A stretch of 64,000 bases of DNA from an uncultured Candidatus Saccharibacteria bacterium (GCA_964450345.1 CAYVEL010000001.1:16671-80670); one strand, 5' to 3'; shown: positions 39,203 to 49,022, counted from the first letter of the stretch. A program made the numbers and translations. The notes: generated by a model not told the origin, from the letters alone.

Positions 39203-39544
39203 CTATTTAGGCGATATGCTAGGTTTAATAGAAGCGGTTGTTGGTATTTTAACACCAAGCTTGTCTTCAGCTTTCACAAACATAATTATGGCTATTATTC
39301 CTACTGTTGTTTCTGGTAGAACTTCTAATACTGGTATCAGACCAATAGTAATAGACGCTAGATTTGTTGCTAATTTTTTTCCACTGAATACAGAGATTCC
39401 TTTTAGATAGAAAAATACATTTAGAGCCACCCATCCGATTGCGGTTACAATACTTCCTATTGCGGGTATCCAGTTTAATAAATCCATTATCACCGCTACG
39501 GTCACTAGTCCTCCAATAGCCATTTTACTCAGACGGTCATTCAT
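39203..39544 (-). CDS. small polytopic membrane protein (3 TM) of T4SS-like operon
   Basis: hydrophobic segments; stop overlaps nothing, start overlaps VirB4 stop (39544). Confidence 0.45.
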   Translation of the reverse strand: MNDRLSKMAIGGLVTVAVIMDLLNWIPAIGSIVTAIGWVALNVFFYLKGISVFSGKKLATNLASITIGLIPVLEVLPETTVGIIAIIMFVKAEDKLGVKIPTTASIKPSISPK

Positions 39545-41358
39545 TATCTTGATGATTGAGCGAAATCGTCCTTCGCCTGTTTAATAGCTAACATCTGTTC
39601 TGGTTTTGTAGATATTAGCTGATCTTCCGCATAAGAAGCCTCGATTTTAATAGCTACGTGCTTCATTCCTACGAAGAAGATGCCCTCTCCTACTCCTGAT
39701 TCTAGAAGTAAGTATTTCTCTTCGTCTGTTAGGTTAAAGATTGTTTGAATCTTATCTACTGCGGTCGGAGATTGTTTAAGTAGAATCTGAATAGAAGAGT
39801 TTGTAACAATAGGTGTTCCATATGGTGACTTTAGGAAGTCGTCCACGTCTTGTGTGATTGTAGCCATTCCTAGCCAGTACTTTCTACCTCTCTTAGCAAT
39901 CATAAGAAGGAATGAAGCTGTATCTTCAGTTTTCATCATCCACCATGCCTCGTCGATAACAAGTAATCTCTTCTTTTTAACTCTCTTAACAGCATTCCAG
40001 ATGTGGTGTGTAACTATATACATGGCTACAGGTTTAAGCTCCTCCTCCATGTCTTTAATACAGAAGACTACGAATTTCTTGTTTATATCAATGTTTGAAG
40101 GTTTGTTTACGAAACCAGACCATGTACCACGAGTGAACTTAGATAGTCTTTGTACTAATGATTCAGCACCCTCCATTCCAGCTAGTACAAGTTCAAAGTC
40201 AGAAAGTAGAGGTGGTTCTATATTAACGAAATCAGATTCAGGTGTAATATCCTTAAGAGCGTAAGTCTCTGTTATTGCTCGGTCGATGATAGCATCTTCT
40301 TCCTTTGTTAGACCTCCGAACATAATTCTAAATAGTCCTACAAGGTTAATGATGTGTGATCTTAGAACATCTGATCTAGCTTCGTCTGGAGCAGGAGCTG
40401 GTAAGTCGAATGGATTAATATGGTTATCAGAGTTAAGAGATATGTTTATGAATCTACCTCCTGTAGTTTCTGCCATGTCTCTATACTCACCTTCTGGATC
40501 CACTACTATTACCTCTGTATCGAACATCAGTGTTCTAAGGATTTCTAGTTTTGTACAATATGATTTACCAGAACCAGATTTAGCGAATGTTACAGAGTTG
40601 TAGTTTTCTAGACTGAATCTGTCGAATAGAACAAGGCTGGAATTGTGTCTGTTTATACCATATAGAATACCTTTTTCGTCAGTAAGGTCGAATGATACGA
40701 ATGGGAATATGCTAGATAGAGGTGAAGAGTTTAGTTTTGAATGAATATTTAGTTCATCACTACAGATAGGTAGAATACTCTTATAACCTTGTTCTTGCTG
40801 GAATAAAGCAGGTTTAACATACACTAGTTTAGCCTCAAGAATAGACTTAATTTCAGACTCCATTTTATCAAGTTCAGATTCGTTGCTTGCGTATAGTGTT
40901 ATGTAAACTCCTACTTCAAACATTTTTTCTTGAGCCTGCATTAAACTGTCTCTAAGATTTTCTAGATCTTGGTATGCAGTGTCTAGCATTGGGTCACGAA
41001 CCAGTCCCCTCTTCTCTCTGTCACCTATCTGGCTTTGTACCTCAGCTACTTTCTTTTGGAAATTTTTAAGTATCGAAGCTGTGTCGATTGGATGTATAAA
41101 AATAGAAACGTTAAAAACTTTATCTAGATTTATTATTGGAGCGAACCAGCTATCTGTTAGGAATCTTGGGTATGAGATTACGAAGAAAGTTCTAGCTACT
41201 TTTTCTCCGAGATGTAATTCCTTTGGTGTTATCTTTAAAGCTGAAGGAGCAATAATGTCCTGCAGTTCAAGCATTCCAGAATTATATATTTCATCAGGTA
41301 AAACAGCTGTTATGGCTGTGTTATTTTTTTTACCAAATAAGTTTGAAAAAAATCCCAT
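39544..41358 (-). CDS. VirB4/TrbE/TraE-family conjugation-type ATPase (ATPase portion)
   Basis: Walker A FAKSGSGKSY; Walker B RLLVIDEAWWMM; ...RKYWLGMATITQDVDDF... arrangement typical of VirB4. Confidence 0.8.
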   Translation of the reverse strand: MGFFSNLFGKKNNTAITAVLPDEIYNSGMLELQDIIAPSALKITPKELHLGEKVARTFFVISYPRFLTDSWFAPIINLDKVFNVSIFIHPIDTASILKNFQKKVAEVQSQIGDREKRGLVRDPMLDTAYQDLENLRDSLMQAQEKMFEVGVYITLYASNESELDKMESEIKSILEAKLVYVKPALFQQEQGYKSILPICSDELNIHSKLNSSPLSSIFPFVSFDLTDEKGILYGINRHNSSLVLFDRFSLENYNSVTFAKSGSGKSYCTKLEILRTLMFDTEVIVVDPEGEYRDMAETTGGRFINISLNSDNHINPFDLPAPAPDEARSDVLRSHIINLVGLFRIMFGGLTKEEDAIIDRAITETYALKDITPESDFVNIEPPLLSDFELVLAGMEGAESLVQRLSKFTRGTWSGFVNKPSNIDINKKFVVFCIKDMEEELKPVAMYIVTHHIWNAVKRVKKKRLLVIDEAWWMMKTEDTASFLLMIAKRGRKYWLGMATITQDVDDFLKSPYGTPIVTNSSIQILLKQSPTAVDKIQTIFNLTDEEKYLLLESGVGEGIFFVGMKHVAIKIEASYAEDQLISTKPEQMLAIKQAKDDFAQSSR

Positions 41359-41362
41359 ATTA

Positions 41363-41998
41363 TTATAATTGAATTGGCTTCTCTGTTTCGCCGGGGTTAA
41401 ATATCTTATAGAACAGTTCTACTACTTCTTCTGTTCCTAGTTGAGCAACTTTAAGTCCGCTTCTTGTAAGTCCTTGCACAACCACGTTTGCTCTTTGTTC
41501 TAGCTGACTTCTATTCTCTTCAAAAATGTCTATTTTTGCACTAGCGTCATCTTTATTAGAGTGGGGAAACATCTTAAGAATTGAGCTACCACCCTCTCCT
41601 AATGCTGGTGGTGTATAAGGAACTATAATAAAGAAACTCTTACTCATGATGCTTGTCTGTTCGGTGAAGGCCTTTATGAATTCAACATATTCTCTAACTT
41701 GAATTTTCATTAATTCAGAAGTTTGCTCTTTATAACGCTCTTCAAGTAGTGCTAAATATGGCCTAATATCTAGTTTTTTTGACTGAACTAGTATCTGTAC
41801 AGAAAAATCTAAAGAGTTTAGAAAATTTTGGAATTGTGAGATTATACCGTTTTGTTCGTCAGTAGATTTAAGAGCAAAGTTTAGAGAAGATCCCATAAGA
41901 ACTAATCTCATGGCACCATCTTTAAGTATTACAATACCATCTCTAACTTCTTTGATGGGTACGAAACTTTGTGAGCTGTTAACGTTTACTGTAGACAT
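41363..41998 (-). CDS. VirB4 N-terminal-like domain protein (CagE_TrbE_VirB-like), separate ORF 4 nt upstream of ATPase ORF
   Basis: VPIKEVRDGIVILKDGAMRLVLMGSSLNFALKSTDEQNGIISQFQNFLNSL pattern like N-terminal region of VirB4 proteins. Confidence 0.4.
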   Translation of the reverse strand: MSTVNVNSSQSFVPIKEVRDGIVILKDGAMRLVLMGSSLNFALKSTDEQNGIISQFQNFLNSLDFSVQILVQSKKLDIRPYLALLEERYKEQTSELMKIQVREYVEFIKAFTEQTSIMSKSFFIIVPYTPPALGEGGSSILKMFPHSNKDDASAKIDIFEENRSQLEQRANVVVQGLTRSGLKVAQLGTEEVVELFYKIFNPGETEKPIQL

Positions 41999-42438
41999 TA
42001 TCTTGTTTGGTTTTTATTTTGATCTTTATTTATTCCTTCGTGTATATCTAGACTCCAAGCAAGGTCTCTTAGCTTGCTTTCAGAAAGTCTAGGTACATTT
42101 AATGGATTTGATGAACTTATATTTCCCACTGATTTAACTGGCGTTTTAACTACTTTGTCTACTTTCTTCCAAAGATATAATTTGCTTCCTTTGTAATAAT
42201 TGAATGCTGCTTCTAGAGTAAAAATCATGGGTCTCTTATTTACCTGATAGAAGGCTATAGCAAAAGAAAAAGCTACTACAAATATTATCAAAGGTAATGA
42301 TATTATTTTGTAAGGTATAAATAAATATAATATAAAAGATAAACCAGCACCTCCTGCTAAGTATATTCCTTGCTTAAGGGTAAAATAACTAAAAAGCTTA
42401 TCCTCTACTTCTATGAATTGAGGAACCTGATAGTTCAT
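41998..42438 (-). CDS. VirB3-like small membrane protein (two TM hairpin)
   Basis: 146 aa, hairpin GIYLAGGAGLSFILYLFIPY / ISLPLIIFVVAFSFAIAFY, located immediately upstream of VirB4 genes. Confidence 0.4.
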   Translation of the reverse strand: MNYQVPQFIEVEDKLFSYFTLKQGIYLAGGAGLSFILYLFIPYKIISLPLIIFVVAFSFAIAFYQVNKRPMIFTLEAAFNYYKGSKLYLWKKVDKVVKTPVKSVGNISSSNPLNVPRLSESKLRDLAWSLDIHEGINKDQNKNQTR

Positions 42439-42452
42439 GAGTATATTTTACA

Positions 42453-43049
42453 CTAATTTAATGGTTCGCGATACGGATCAACTGTGTAATTTGTGTTTTT
42501 AACTGTACTTACTGTGGATTCCTTCAGATTTGATTCCACAACAGTTAGATTATGTTCCGTTTGATTTGCTATAGGGGTAACTATCGGAGCACTATTTATA
42601 GGTGTTTCTATTGTTTTAACAGGAGTTTGGGTTGGTGTTGTTGCGGTATTTACTGGAGTATTATTTATTACAGGGGCTACTGGTGCTTGGGTAGTATTTG
42701 GGTCTTTTGCCAAATTTGGTATTTCTGCGTCTGTTTTCTCACCCTCACCCATTTCGTAGTTGTAAGACATTAGAATTCTAGTTTTAAGAGGTTCTAGAAT
42801 CGCTGTATTAATGTCGGGGAGCATTTTAATAACGGTCTCCTCATCTACTTCTACTGATTCTATTATGTTTCCAACTAATTCAGACTTCTGAATATTTCCA
42901 TACACATAATTCTTTATAATCGCAATTAAGTTTCCTATCTGATTTATGTTTAAGTTGAATTTTTCTCCAACCTTAACAACGGTGTCATTAAATTCACTAG
43001 ACACTAAGTATTGTATTACTTCTGGTTTTATTATAGTTCTTGTATCCAT
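42453..43049 (-). CDS. hypothetical soluble protein with Thr/Pro/Val-rich C-terminus
   Basis: ORF in operon; no family assigned. Confidence 0.4.
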   Translation of the reverse strand: MDTRTIIKPEVIQYLVSSEFNDTVVKVGEKFNLNINQIGNLIAIIKNYVYGNIQKSELVGNIIESVEVDEETVIKMLPDINTAILEPLKTRILMSYNYEMGEGEKTDAEIPNLAKDPNTTQAPVAPVINNTPVNTATTPTQTPVKTIETPINSAPIVTPIANQTEHNLTVVESNLKESTVSTVKNTNYTVDPYREPLN

Positions 43050-43055
43050 ATTTTT

Positions 43056-45188
43056 TTAAATTCCCCAGTTTGCCTTATTTTTTGGATCTGAGACGTACTG
43101 ATATCCTGGTATTGGAACAGGTGGATTTCCAGCTTCAAATGCTGCTAACTGAGTACCTATGTCTTTAGCTTGCTCGGTACCACCTATTGCCTGCTCTAGT
43201 TTCTTTAATGAATTAGTATCAAGTAATTTAGCAATCTTAGCTTCCTTGTAGTATGGTTTTCCATTAGAGTCATTTGTAAATAATAGATCTCTTAACTCTT
43301 CTCCTTCTAGTGCTTTGAAGTTGTCGACTATTTCTTTATGTGGTTTACCGCTTACACCAGATAAGCCCTCAGCAATACCCTTGATTCTAGCTTCTTGTGC
43401 AGCAACAAAATCCTTGTAATCTGTCTTCTCGTCTTTTTCTTTATTATTAAAGTATTTCTTACCTATAATAGCTGCTAGTGTAGGGTTATCCTTAACATCA
43501 CTTAACTTAATTTCAGAACGTTCTTTTTCTGATAATGCACCAATTCTATCTGATAGACCCTTACTTAGTTTATCCATCTCAGATTGAATTCCATTATTTT
43601 CAGCTGTTTGATATGCAGCTAAGAAGTCTTTAGCGGTCTCTTTTGCGGCATTAATATTCTCAGCGCGCTCTCTATCGTTTTTAATATTTTTCTCTAGTTC
43701 TGCTTCAGACTTAGAATCTTTATATATTCCCTTCTGTTCGTAAGATTTCTTTAATGAGTCAGCAATAGGTCTAACTGTTTCAGCAAAAGCACCATTGTAT
43801 TTTGTTGCGCTGTCGATTTTTCCAGATATAGTCTGGTTTACAGCTCTAGAAGCACCTTTTGTTAATAATGCATTAGTAAATGATTTTTTATCTGTTGCTG
43901 CCTTTCCAAATCTTGTCTTAGCTAAGTCTGCCATAATACCTGTACCGCCCGCAGAATTTTCAAGTCTTGTAGCGAATTTCTGACCCGCTGCTTGGCCTGT
44001 TTCACTAGCAAGGGTTCCGAGGCTACGATTAACAAATCTAGCATTGTTACCCATACTGAATCTTTCTTTACCAGACTCTGCCATTTTTATAATTCTATCT
44101 CCACCCCACTCTCCTAGTGACGTACCTTTCTTTAGTGCTGCCATATAGAAACCCATCACTATTGCATATGTAACTATTGTAGAAACTAGTTCTCTTATTA
44201 CTTTTTCGAATTCTGATCCACTACTCTTTCCTGTGATTAGAGCTAATTGTTTTGATAATGCACTGTCTGTTCCGGATCCTACTAGTATTGCTAGACCTAC
44301 GTAAAGTAGAAGCATGAACATTGGAGCAAATAGAGCCGCATTTATAAATTTATTCCAAAGACTTCTTCCTTCTTTTGTAAGATCCCCAAGGAATTCTAAG
44401 TTTATGAAATTAAATGCAAGTACTGGGCTAGCAGCTAACATTCCAATCAATACTAATGTTCTAATCATGAATAGTGCTGCACCTGCAAAAAATAATACGG
44501 CTGTAATTAATTGTATTGAACCATTGAAAATTGCTAAGGTGTATTGCTGGAAACCTGTAGATAGAATTTTTGCAGCAGACCAACCACCAGAAGACTTTAA
44601 TGCGTCACCATTCATCTTTGTTAAGTTCATTAGCACATCAGATAAACCTCCACTAAAAGTGGAGTTGGCAGGGATAATTGCATTATATATACCTAATGCG
44701 AACATATTTGTGGCATCTATTATTAATTTCACTATAACGAAGCTGAAGTTAATAAAAAAGCCGGCAATTATAATGCCAATAATAAGTTCCCCGACCTGAC
44801 TCATTTTTGCCTTACCAATGATAACTTTAATTGAAGTAAATAAGAGCAAGAATATAAAGAACATTGATATAACATCTCTTATTACTACCCACGCCTGCCC
44901 TATTCCACTCATTCCATTTATTATCGTAGAGATTCTAAGACTGAAATCTATAGCCATGTTAAGAGCATAACCAGCTATTGAAAGTATGAAAGAAGTTATT
45001 GCTAAATATAAACCTAGTATAAACTGTATTAGTGCATCTGGTCTGAAAAATGTTGTCCAACTGACTTCTGTGGCTTGACTGGTAGCTGCTATAGCAGAAT
45101 TCGCAAAGAAAAATACAGCTAAAATAGCTATTGAAGTTAAAGCTATTTTAATTGATAGGTTTTTCTTATTAATAATTCTGCTAAACAT
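43056..45188 (-). CDS. VirB6/TrbL-like large polytopic membrane protein with long hydrophilic C-terminal domain
   Basis: signal-like N-terminus, >=6 hydrophobic helices in first ~380 aa, then charged coiled-coil-rich region ending in NPPVPIPGYQY. Confidence 0.45.
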   Translation of the reverse strand: MFSRIINKKNLSIKIALTSIAILAVFFFANSAIAATSQATEVSWTTFFRPDALIQFILGLYLAITSFILSIAGYALNMAIDFSLRISTIINGMSGIGQAWVVIRDVISMFFIFLLLFTSIKVIIGKAKMSQVGELIIGIIIAGFFINFSFVIVKLIIDATNMFALGIYNAIIPANSTFSGGLSDVLMNLTKMNGDALKSSGGWSAAKILSTGFQQYTLAIFNGSIQLITAVLFFAGAALFMIRTLVLIGMLAASPVLAFNFINLEFLGDLTKEGRSLWNKFINAALFAPMFMLLLYVGLAILVGSGTDSALSKQLALITGKSSGSEFEKVIRELVSTIVTYAIVMGFYMAALKKGTSLGEWGGDRIIKMAESGKERFSMGNNARFVNRSLGTLASETGQAAGQKFATRLENSAGGTGIMADLAKTRFGKAATDKKSFTNALLTKGASRAVNQTISGKIDSATKYNGAFAETVRPIADSLKKSYEQKGIYKDSKSEAELEKNIKNDRERAENINAAKETAKDFLAAYQTAENNGIQSEMDKLSKGLSDRIGALSEKERSEIKLSDVKDNPTLAAIIGKKYFNNKEKDEKTDYKDFVAAQEARIKGIAEGLSGVSGKPHKEIVDNFKALEGEELRDLLFTNDSNGKPYYKEAKIAKLLDTNSLKKLEQAIGGTEQAKDIGTQLAAFEAGNPPVPIPGYQYVSDPKNKANWGI

Positions 45189-45231
45189 TGGTTTTTATAT
45201 TATCTCACCTTTCCGAACTTTTTTGTACTAT

Positions 45232-46758
45232 TTAATTCTGTAAACAAGCCGAATTGTAATTTGAAAGCAGTCTTCTATATCCGATTATTTTATCTGTTAC
45301 TTCTTTCGATAATGCTTGGGCTTTAGTTACATCGTTTGGTGAATGTAGTGAATATGAGAATGATGTAGCTTGCTGAGCAATATACTTAAAGTCTTCAATA
45401 GTCTTCTTTGAATCTACTTGAACGTAATAATTATCTATCTGATCCATTAGTGCGGCTGTTGAATTATAAGATGCGCTAATTTGTGTGAAGTATGTAGATA
45501 TCTCGTTATCTAAAGTAGATTTTATCTGAGAGTATACAGTGTTGTAGTTTAGAGCTCTTGTTTTACAATTTTCTAATATAGTAAGAGCGTTTTCATAGTC
45601 TGATTTTATAGCAAATAGAGAGTTATACATTTGCATGTATTCATTGTAGTATTTCTCCTCACCTGCCTTAATCATATCTAAGAATTCGTACATCGACTCT
45701 TTGTTTGCGTACGTAGATTCATTTAACTGCTGTTCTTCTAATTGAGCACCTCTACTATTCCAGTAGTTATTTTGATCAGAAGTACCACTACCGCTTACTG
45801 AAGAAACTCCGGCAGTAACGACTTGTTGTATTAATTGTGATACAGCTGCATTTATAATTTCGTCGAATTCATCAGCTAATTCTAATTGTCTGAAACCACT
45901 ACCTAGAGATGTAGAAAGGGTATCGTTAACAACTGCTCCTGGTGTTGTGATAGAACAGTCTGAAGCTGATCTTGTTGTTGCTGCTGAGCTGCTAGATGTT
46001 ATTGGACTTATGTAAGATGTTGCTCCTGTAGAACTGTTTTTACATTTCTCAATTGATAAGAAACCTTTTCCTTGTCCTAGTTCATTATTTTTCTTAACAA
46101 TTTTATTAGCTACTCTAGCATCAAGTTCTGTTTTTGCGGTTAGGAATGCTCCGTAAGTATTATTTTGAGGATATTGTGATACCTGAATAAAATTACTCCA
46201 TCCTCCTCCCTGTTCGAATGAGCCACCTAATGATTTTACATTTTGTCCGTTTATACTGATGTTATTTGGTATGTTCTGAATATTATTAACAACCTGACTC
46301 AATGTACAAGAAACTTTTCTCTTGAATGGTGAATAAGATAGCTGTAATGCTAGACGAATATCTATACCCATTGAGCTACATAGAAAGTTTAGGTCTGGGT
46401 CGTTTTCAATAAATGAACCAATTTGCTCATCTATCATGTCAGTGAAGAATTGACTTGGATTTGATAGGAATGTTGGACTGCCTTTGAAACCGGAGTTTAT
46501 CCAGTCAACAATGCTTTGGGTCATGTACTTAAGCATCATCTTCATTGCTGCTGTACCTATAGAGTTTAGTGTTATTGGAGTACACTGACCAAACATGGAC
46601 ATCACACCACAAGTCTTTTTATCGTGTGCTGAACCTGTTGGTATGCTTTGTGCTGCTTGGGCGTATATTATTGTCGGCGATGCTGTAAAACCTAAAATGC
46701 TTACGAGCATGGTAATCGCAAAAAGTTTTTTTGTGATTGAATTACTAAAATATTTCAT
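45232..46758 (-). CDS. secreted Cys-containing protein of T4SS-like operon, unknown function
   Basis: signal peptide KLFAITMLVSILGFTASPTIIYAQA; 508 aa. Confidence 0.45.
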   Translation of the reverse strand: MKYFSNSITKKLFAITMLVSILGFTASPTIIYAQAAQSIPTGSAHDKKTCGVMSMFGQCTPITLNSIGTAAMKMMLKYMTQSIVDWINSGFKGSPTFLSNPSQFFTDMIDEQIGSFIENDPDLNFLCSSMGIDIRLALQLSYSPFKRKVSCTLSQVVNNIQNIPNNISINGQNVKSLGGSFEQGGGWSNFIQVSQYPQNNTYGAFLTAKTELDARVANKIVKKNNELGQGKGFLSIEKCKNSSTGATSYISPITSSSSAATTRSASDCSITTPGAVVNDTLSTSLGSGFRQLELADEFDEIINAAVSQLIQQVVTAGVSSVSGSGTSDQNNYWNSRGAQLEEQQLNESTYANKESMYEFLDMIKAGEEKYYNEYMQMYNSLFAIKSDYENALTILENCKTRALNYNTVYSQIKSTLDNEISTYFTQISASYNSTAALMDQIDNYYVQVDSKKTIEDFKYIAQQATSFSYSLHSPNDVTKAQALSKEVTDKIIGYRRLLSNYNSACLQN

Positions 46759-47735
46759 ATATTTTTATACCAAAAAAATCCGGCATCTGTTGTTTTAAAA
46801 CTAATGTTTTTACTGAATAATTTCTTAGCTATTTCATTTAAAATTCCGTTCTGTTTTTCTGTTATCGCCCCCTGATTTTTCATAGCGGTCAGTGCTTTAA
46901 GGGGATCTTTATCTAAGGCACTTAATTTAACCATCGACTGTCTATTTTCATAAAGATTATTAAGGAAATCTACATGTGAAGATACTAATGATTCAGGAAC
47001 TGTGACAGCGAGTACATCCCTCTCCATTCTAGAGTATATACTGATAGCATTTTTTGCTGCAGATGAAAAAGCAATGACATCGTTTTCAGAATTCATTACA
47101 TTGGGAAATGGATTTTTTATATATTCGTTTTGGTATTTAATATATATTTGAGCTAGTATATTTCCGTATATTTGGAAAGATAACTCCGAATCAGGTATTG
47201 ATTTTACGGAAGATTTTTTATACATCTCTACTGGTATAGAAGCGCTATTTACTTCTACGCTGTAAAGTAATTCATTAATTAAATCTTGTTGACTTGCTTT
47301 ATCTCCAGATAAATTAGCCTGTTTTAATTCAATAAATTTAGCGAAAAAGTTTCTTGAGAATTGTTCGGTGTCTGTTAAGTTTTCAGATTCTTTATTTGTG
47401 CTAGATGCTGTTTTTGAATCCGAAACTACTTTGTCATTTGGTCCTTTTTTAAGTGGATCTCTGTTTGCTTGGACTTCATCATAGTCACTGGTTCCATCTC
47501 CATCTGTATCTACGAGTTTTTTATCAGTACCACGGACATCTTCTTCCCAATCTTTAAGTCCATCTCCGTCAGTATCAACAGAATCTGATTCTGTTTGTAT
47601 TAATGATGAACCCGCAAGAATTTGTGTATTGGTATAAGAGTATTCTTTCTGTCTAGAAATCAATACGGTAATAGCTACTAGTACAATTACTATCGAGAAA
47701 ATAATAGAAAATGTAATTTTTTTGTTAATTTTCAT
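46755..47735 (-). CDS. membrane-anchored protein with thrombospondin type-3-like Ca-binding repeats; first gene of operon
   Basis: N-terminal TM; DTDGDGLKDWEED...DTDGDGTSDYDE DxDxDG repeats. Confidence 0.5.
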   Translation of the reverse strand: MKINKKITFSIIFSIVIVLVAITVLISRQKEYSYTNTQILAGSSLIQTESDSVDTDGDGLKDWEEDVRGTDKKLVDTDGDGTSDYDEVQANRDPLKKGPNDKVVSDSKTASSTNKESENLTDTEQFSRNFFAKFIELKQANLSGDKASQQDLINELLYSVEVNSASIPVEMYKKSSVKSIPDSELSFQIYGNILAQIYIKYQNEYIKNPFPNVMNSENDVIAFSSAAKNAISIYSRMERDVLAVTVPESLVSSHVDFLNNLYENRQSMVKLSALDKDPLKALTAMKNQGAITEKQNGILNEIAKKLFSKNISFKTTDAGFFWYKNI

Positions 47736-47806
47736 TAAGGTGATTATATTCTATCAGAATTTATCTGCTATGTTTTATTTTTTGTGAATAAGTTAGAATA
47801 TAGGTA

Positions 47807-48190
47807 ATGAGAAAATATCTTATTATATTTTTTATAGCAACTACCCTATTTTTAGCTAGTCCATCAAAATCGATGGCGCAGTTAGCTAAGTATTTCGGAG
47901 GACATGTATATGTACAGTTGTACTGTACCTGTTCAGCAAATTATTGGCTGTTTATGATGCCTTTATATCTTAACTCGTCCGTTTCTACAGCCGGAGCTTT
48001 GCTTTGGGTTCCTGGACAAAGTATGGCTTATGCAAACAATATTAATCCTCCAACACCTATGACATGGCTACTTGGTGAATATCAAGAGAATAATGGTAAT
48101 GGTTGTAAAATGGTTTCTGGACCAACCTGTGTTGAAATACCATCGATGGGAACCATAAAGAGAGCCGGAATCAGTTATCCAGGGATGTAA
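47807..48190 (+). CDS. small secreted Cys-rich protein (127 aa)
   Basis: signal peptide MRKYLIIFFIATTLFLASPSKSMA; 6 Cys; own terminator. Confidence 0.45.
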   Translation: MRKYLIIFFIATTLFLASPSKSMAQLAKYFGGHVYVQLYCTCSANYWLFMMPLYLNSSVSTAGALLWVPGQSMAYANNINPPTPMTWLLGEYQENNGNGCKMVSGPTCVEIPSMGTIKRAGISYPGM

Positions 48191-48213
48191 TTTTAGTTTT
48201 CGATAGATTTTAA

Positions 48214-48246
48214 ACAAAAAGCCTTATTAAATAAGGCTTTTTGTTA
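48214..48246. terminator. hairpin AAAAAGCCTTATTAAATAAGGCTTTTT shared by convergent genes
   Basis: seen in sequence; overlaps rsmA stop. Confidence 0.65.
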
Positions 48247-49012
48247 TTTCGATCCATTTTTCTAGAGGTATATTTTCGGATCTCTCTTTCGGATTAAGAC
48301 CGATTTCTAGCCATTTTTTAGCTAAGTTGCTGTTATTAAAGCCTTTCTGAACATTATTTATGGCAAACTTTCTCTTACTAGAAAAGGCTAATTTTATTAC
48401 TTCAAAAAATACTTTTTCTTCGTTTTCGTCTTTAAAATTGGCCTTGTTTATGTTTTTTATGGATAAAATAGCACTATCTACATCTGGTGCTGGGTTAAAT
48501 GCCCCAGCTTTTACAATTCTCTCAAGTTTAGGTAAACCAAATGCTTTGACGCTCAGTGACAAAATGCTTTCTTTTGTATCTGTAACTCTTTTTGCTACTT
48601 CTTTCTGAACCATAATCACAATGTTTATAGGTTGATGCTTTGATTCCAGGAATTTTCTGATTATTTGACCAGTTATATAGTATGGAATGTTTGCGATTAA
48701 CTTATAAGGTCTATTCCCTACTATTGATGTAATATCTGTTTCTAAAATATCTGCTTCTGTAATACTAAACATTTTCATATTTAATTTTTCAGAAAACTTT
48801 TCACGAAGAGGTTCTATTAATCTACTATCTTTTTCTATGGCGATAACTAGCGCTCCAGCATTTAGAAGTTTTTCTGTAAGATTTCCTGTTCCTGGTCCTA
48901 TCTCCACCACTATATCTCCAGGTTTTATTTCTCCAGCAATAATAATATCGTTAAGGGCCTTCTCTTCTACAAGAAAGTTTTGTCCTAAAGATTTTTTTGC
49001 TTGGATTTTCAT
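48227..49012 (-). CDS. rsmA: 16S rRNA (adenine1518/1519-N6)-dimethyltransferase RsmA/KsgA
   Basis: LGQNFL, EIGPGTGNLT, NIPYYIT motifs. Confidence 0.9.
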   Translation of the reverse strand: MKIQAKKSLGQNFLVEEKALNDIIIAGEIKPGDIVVEIGPGTGNLTEKLLNAGALVIAIEKDSRLIEPLREKFSEKLNMKMFSITEADILETDITSIVGNRPYKLIANIPYYITGQIIRKFLESKHQPINIVIMVQKEVAKRVTDTKESILSLSVKAFGLPKLERIVKAGAFNPAPDVDSAILSIKNINKANFKDENEEKVFFEVIKLAFSSKRKFAINNVQKGFNNSNLAKKWLEIGLNPKERSENIPLEKWIEITKSLI

Positions 49013-49022
49013 AATCTATTTT

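Noticed and set aside
39156-39410. 84-aa plus-strand ORF
   Set aside because: Antisense to the 3-TM membrane gene of the T4SS-like operon; hydrophobic mirror translation.
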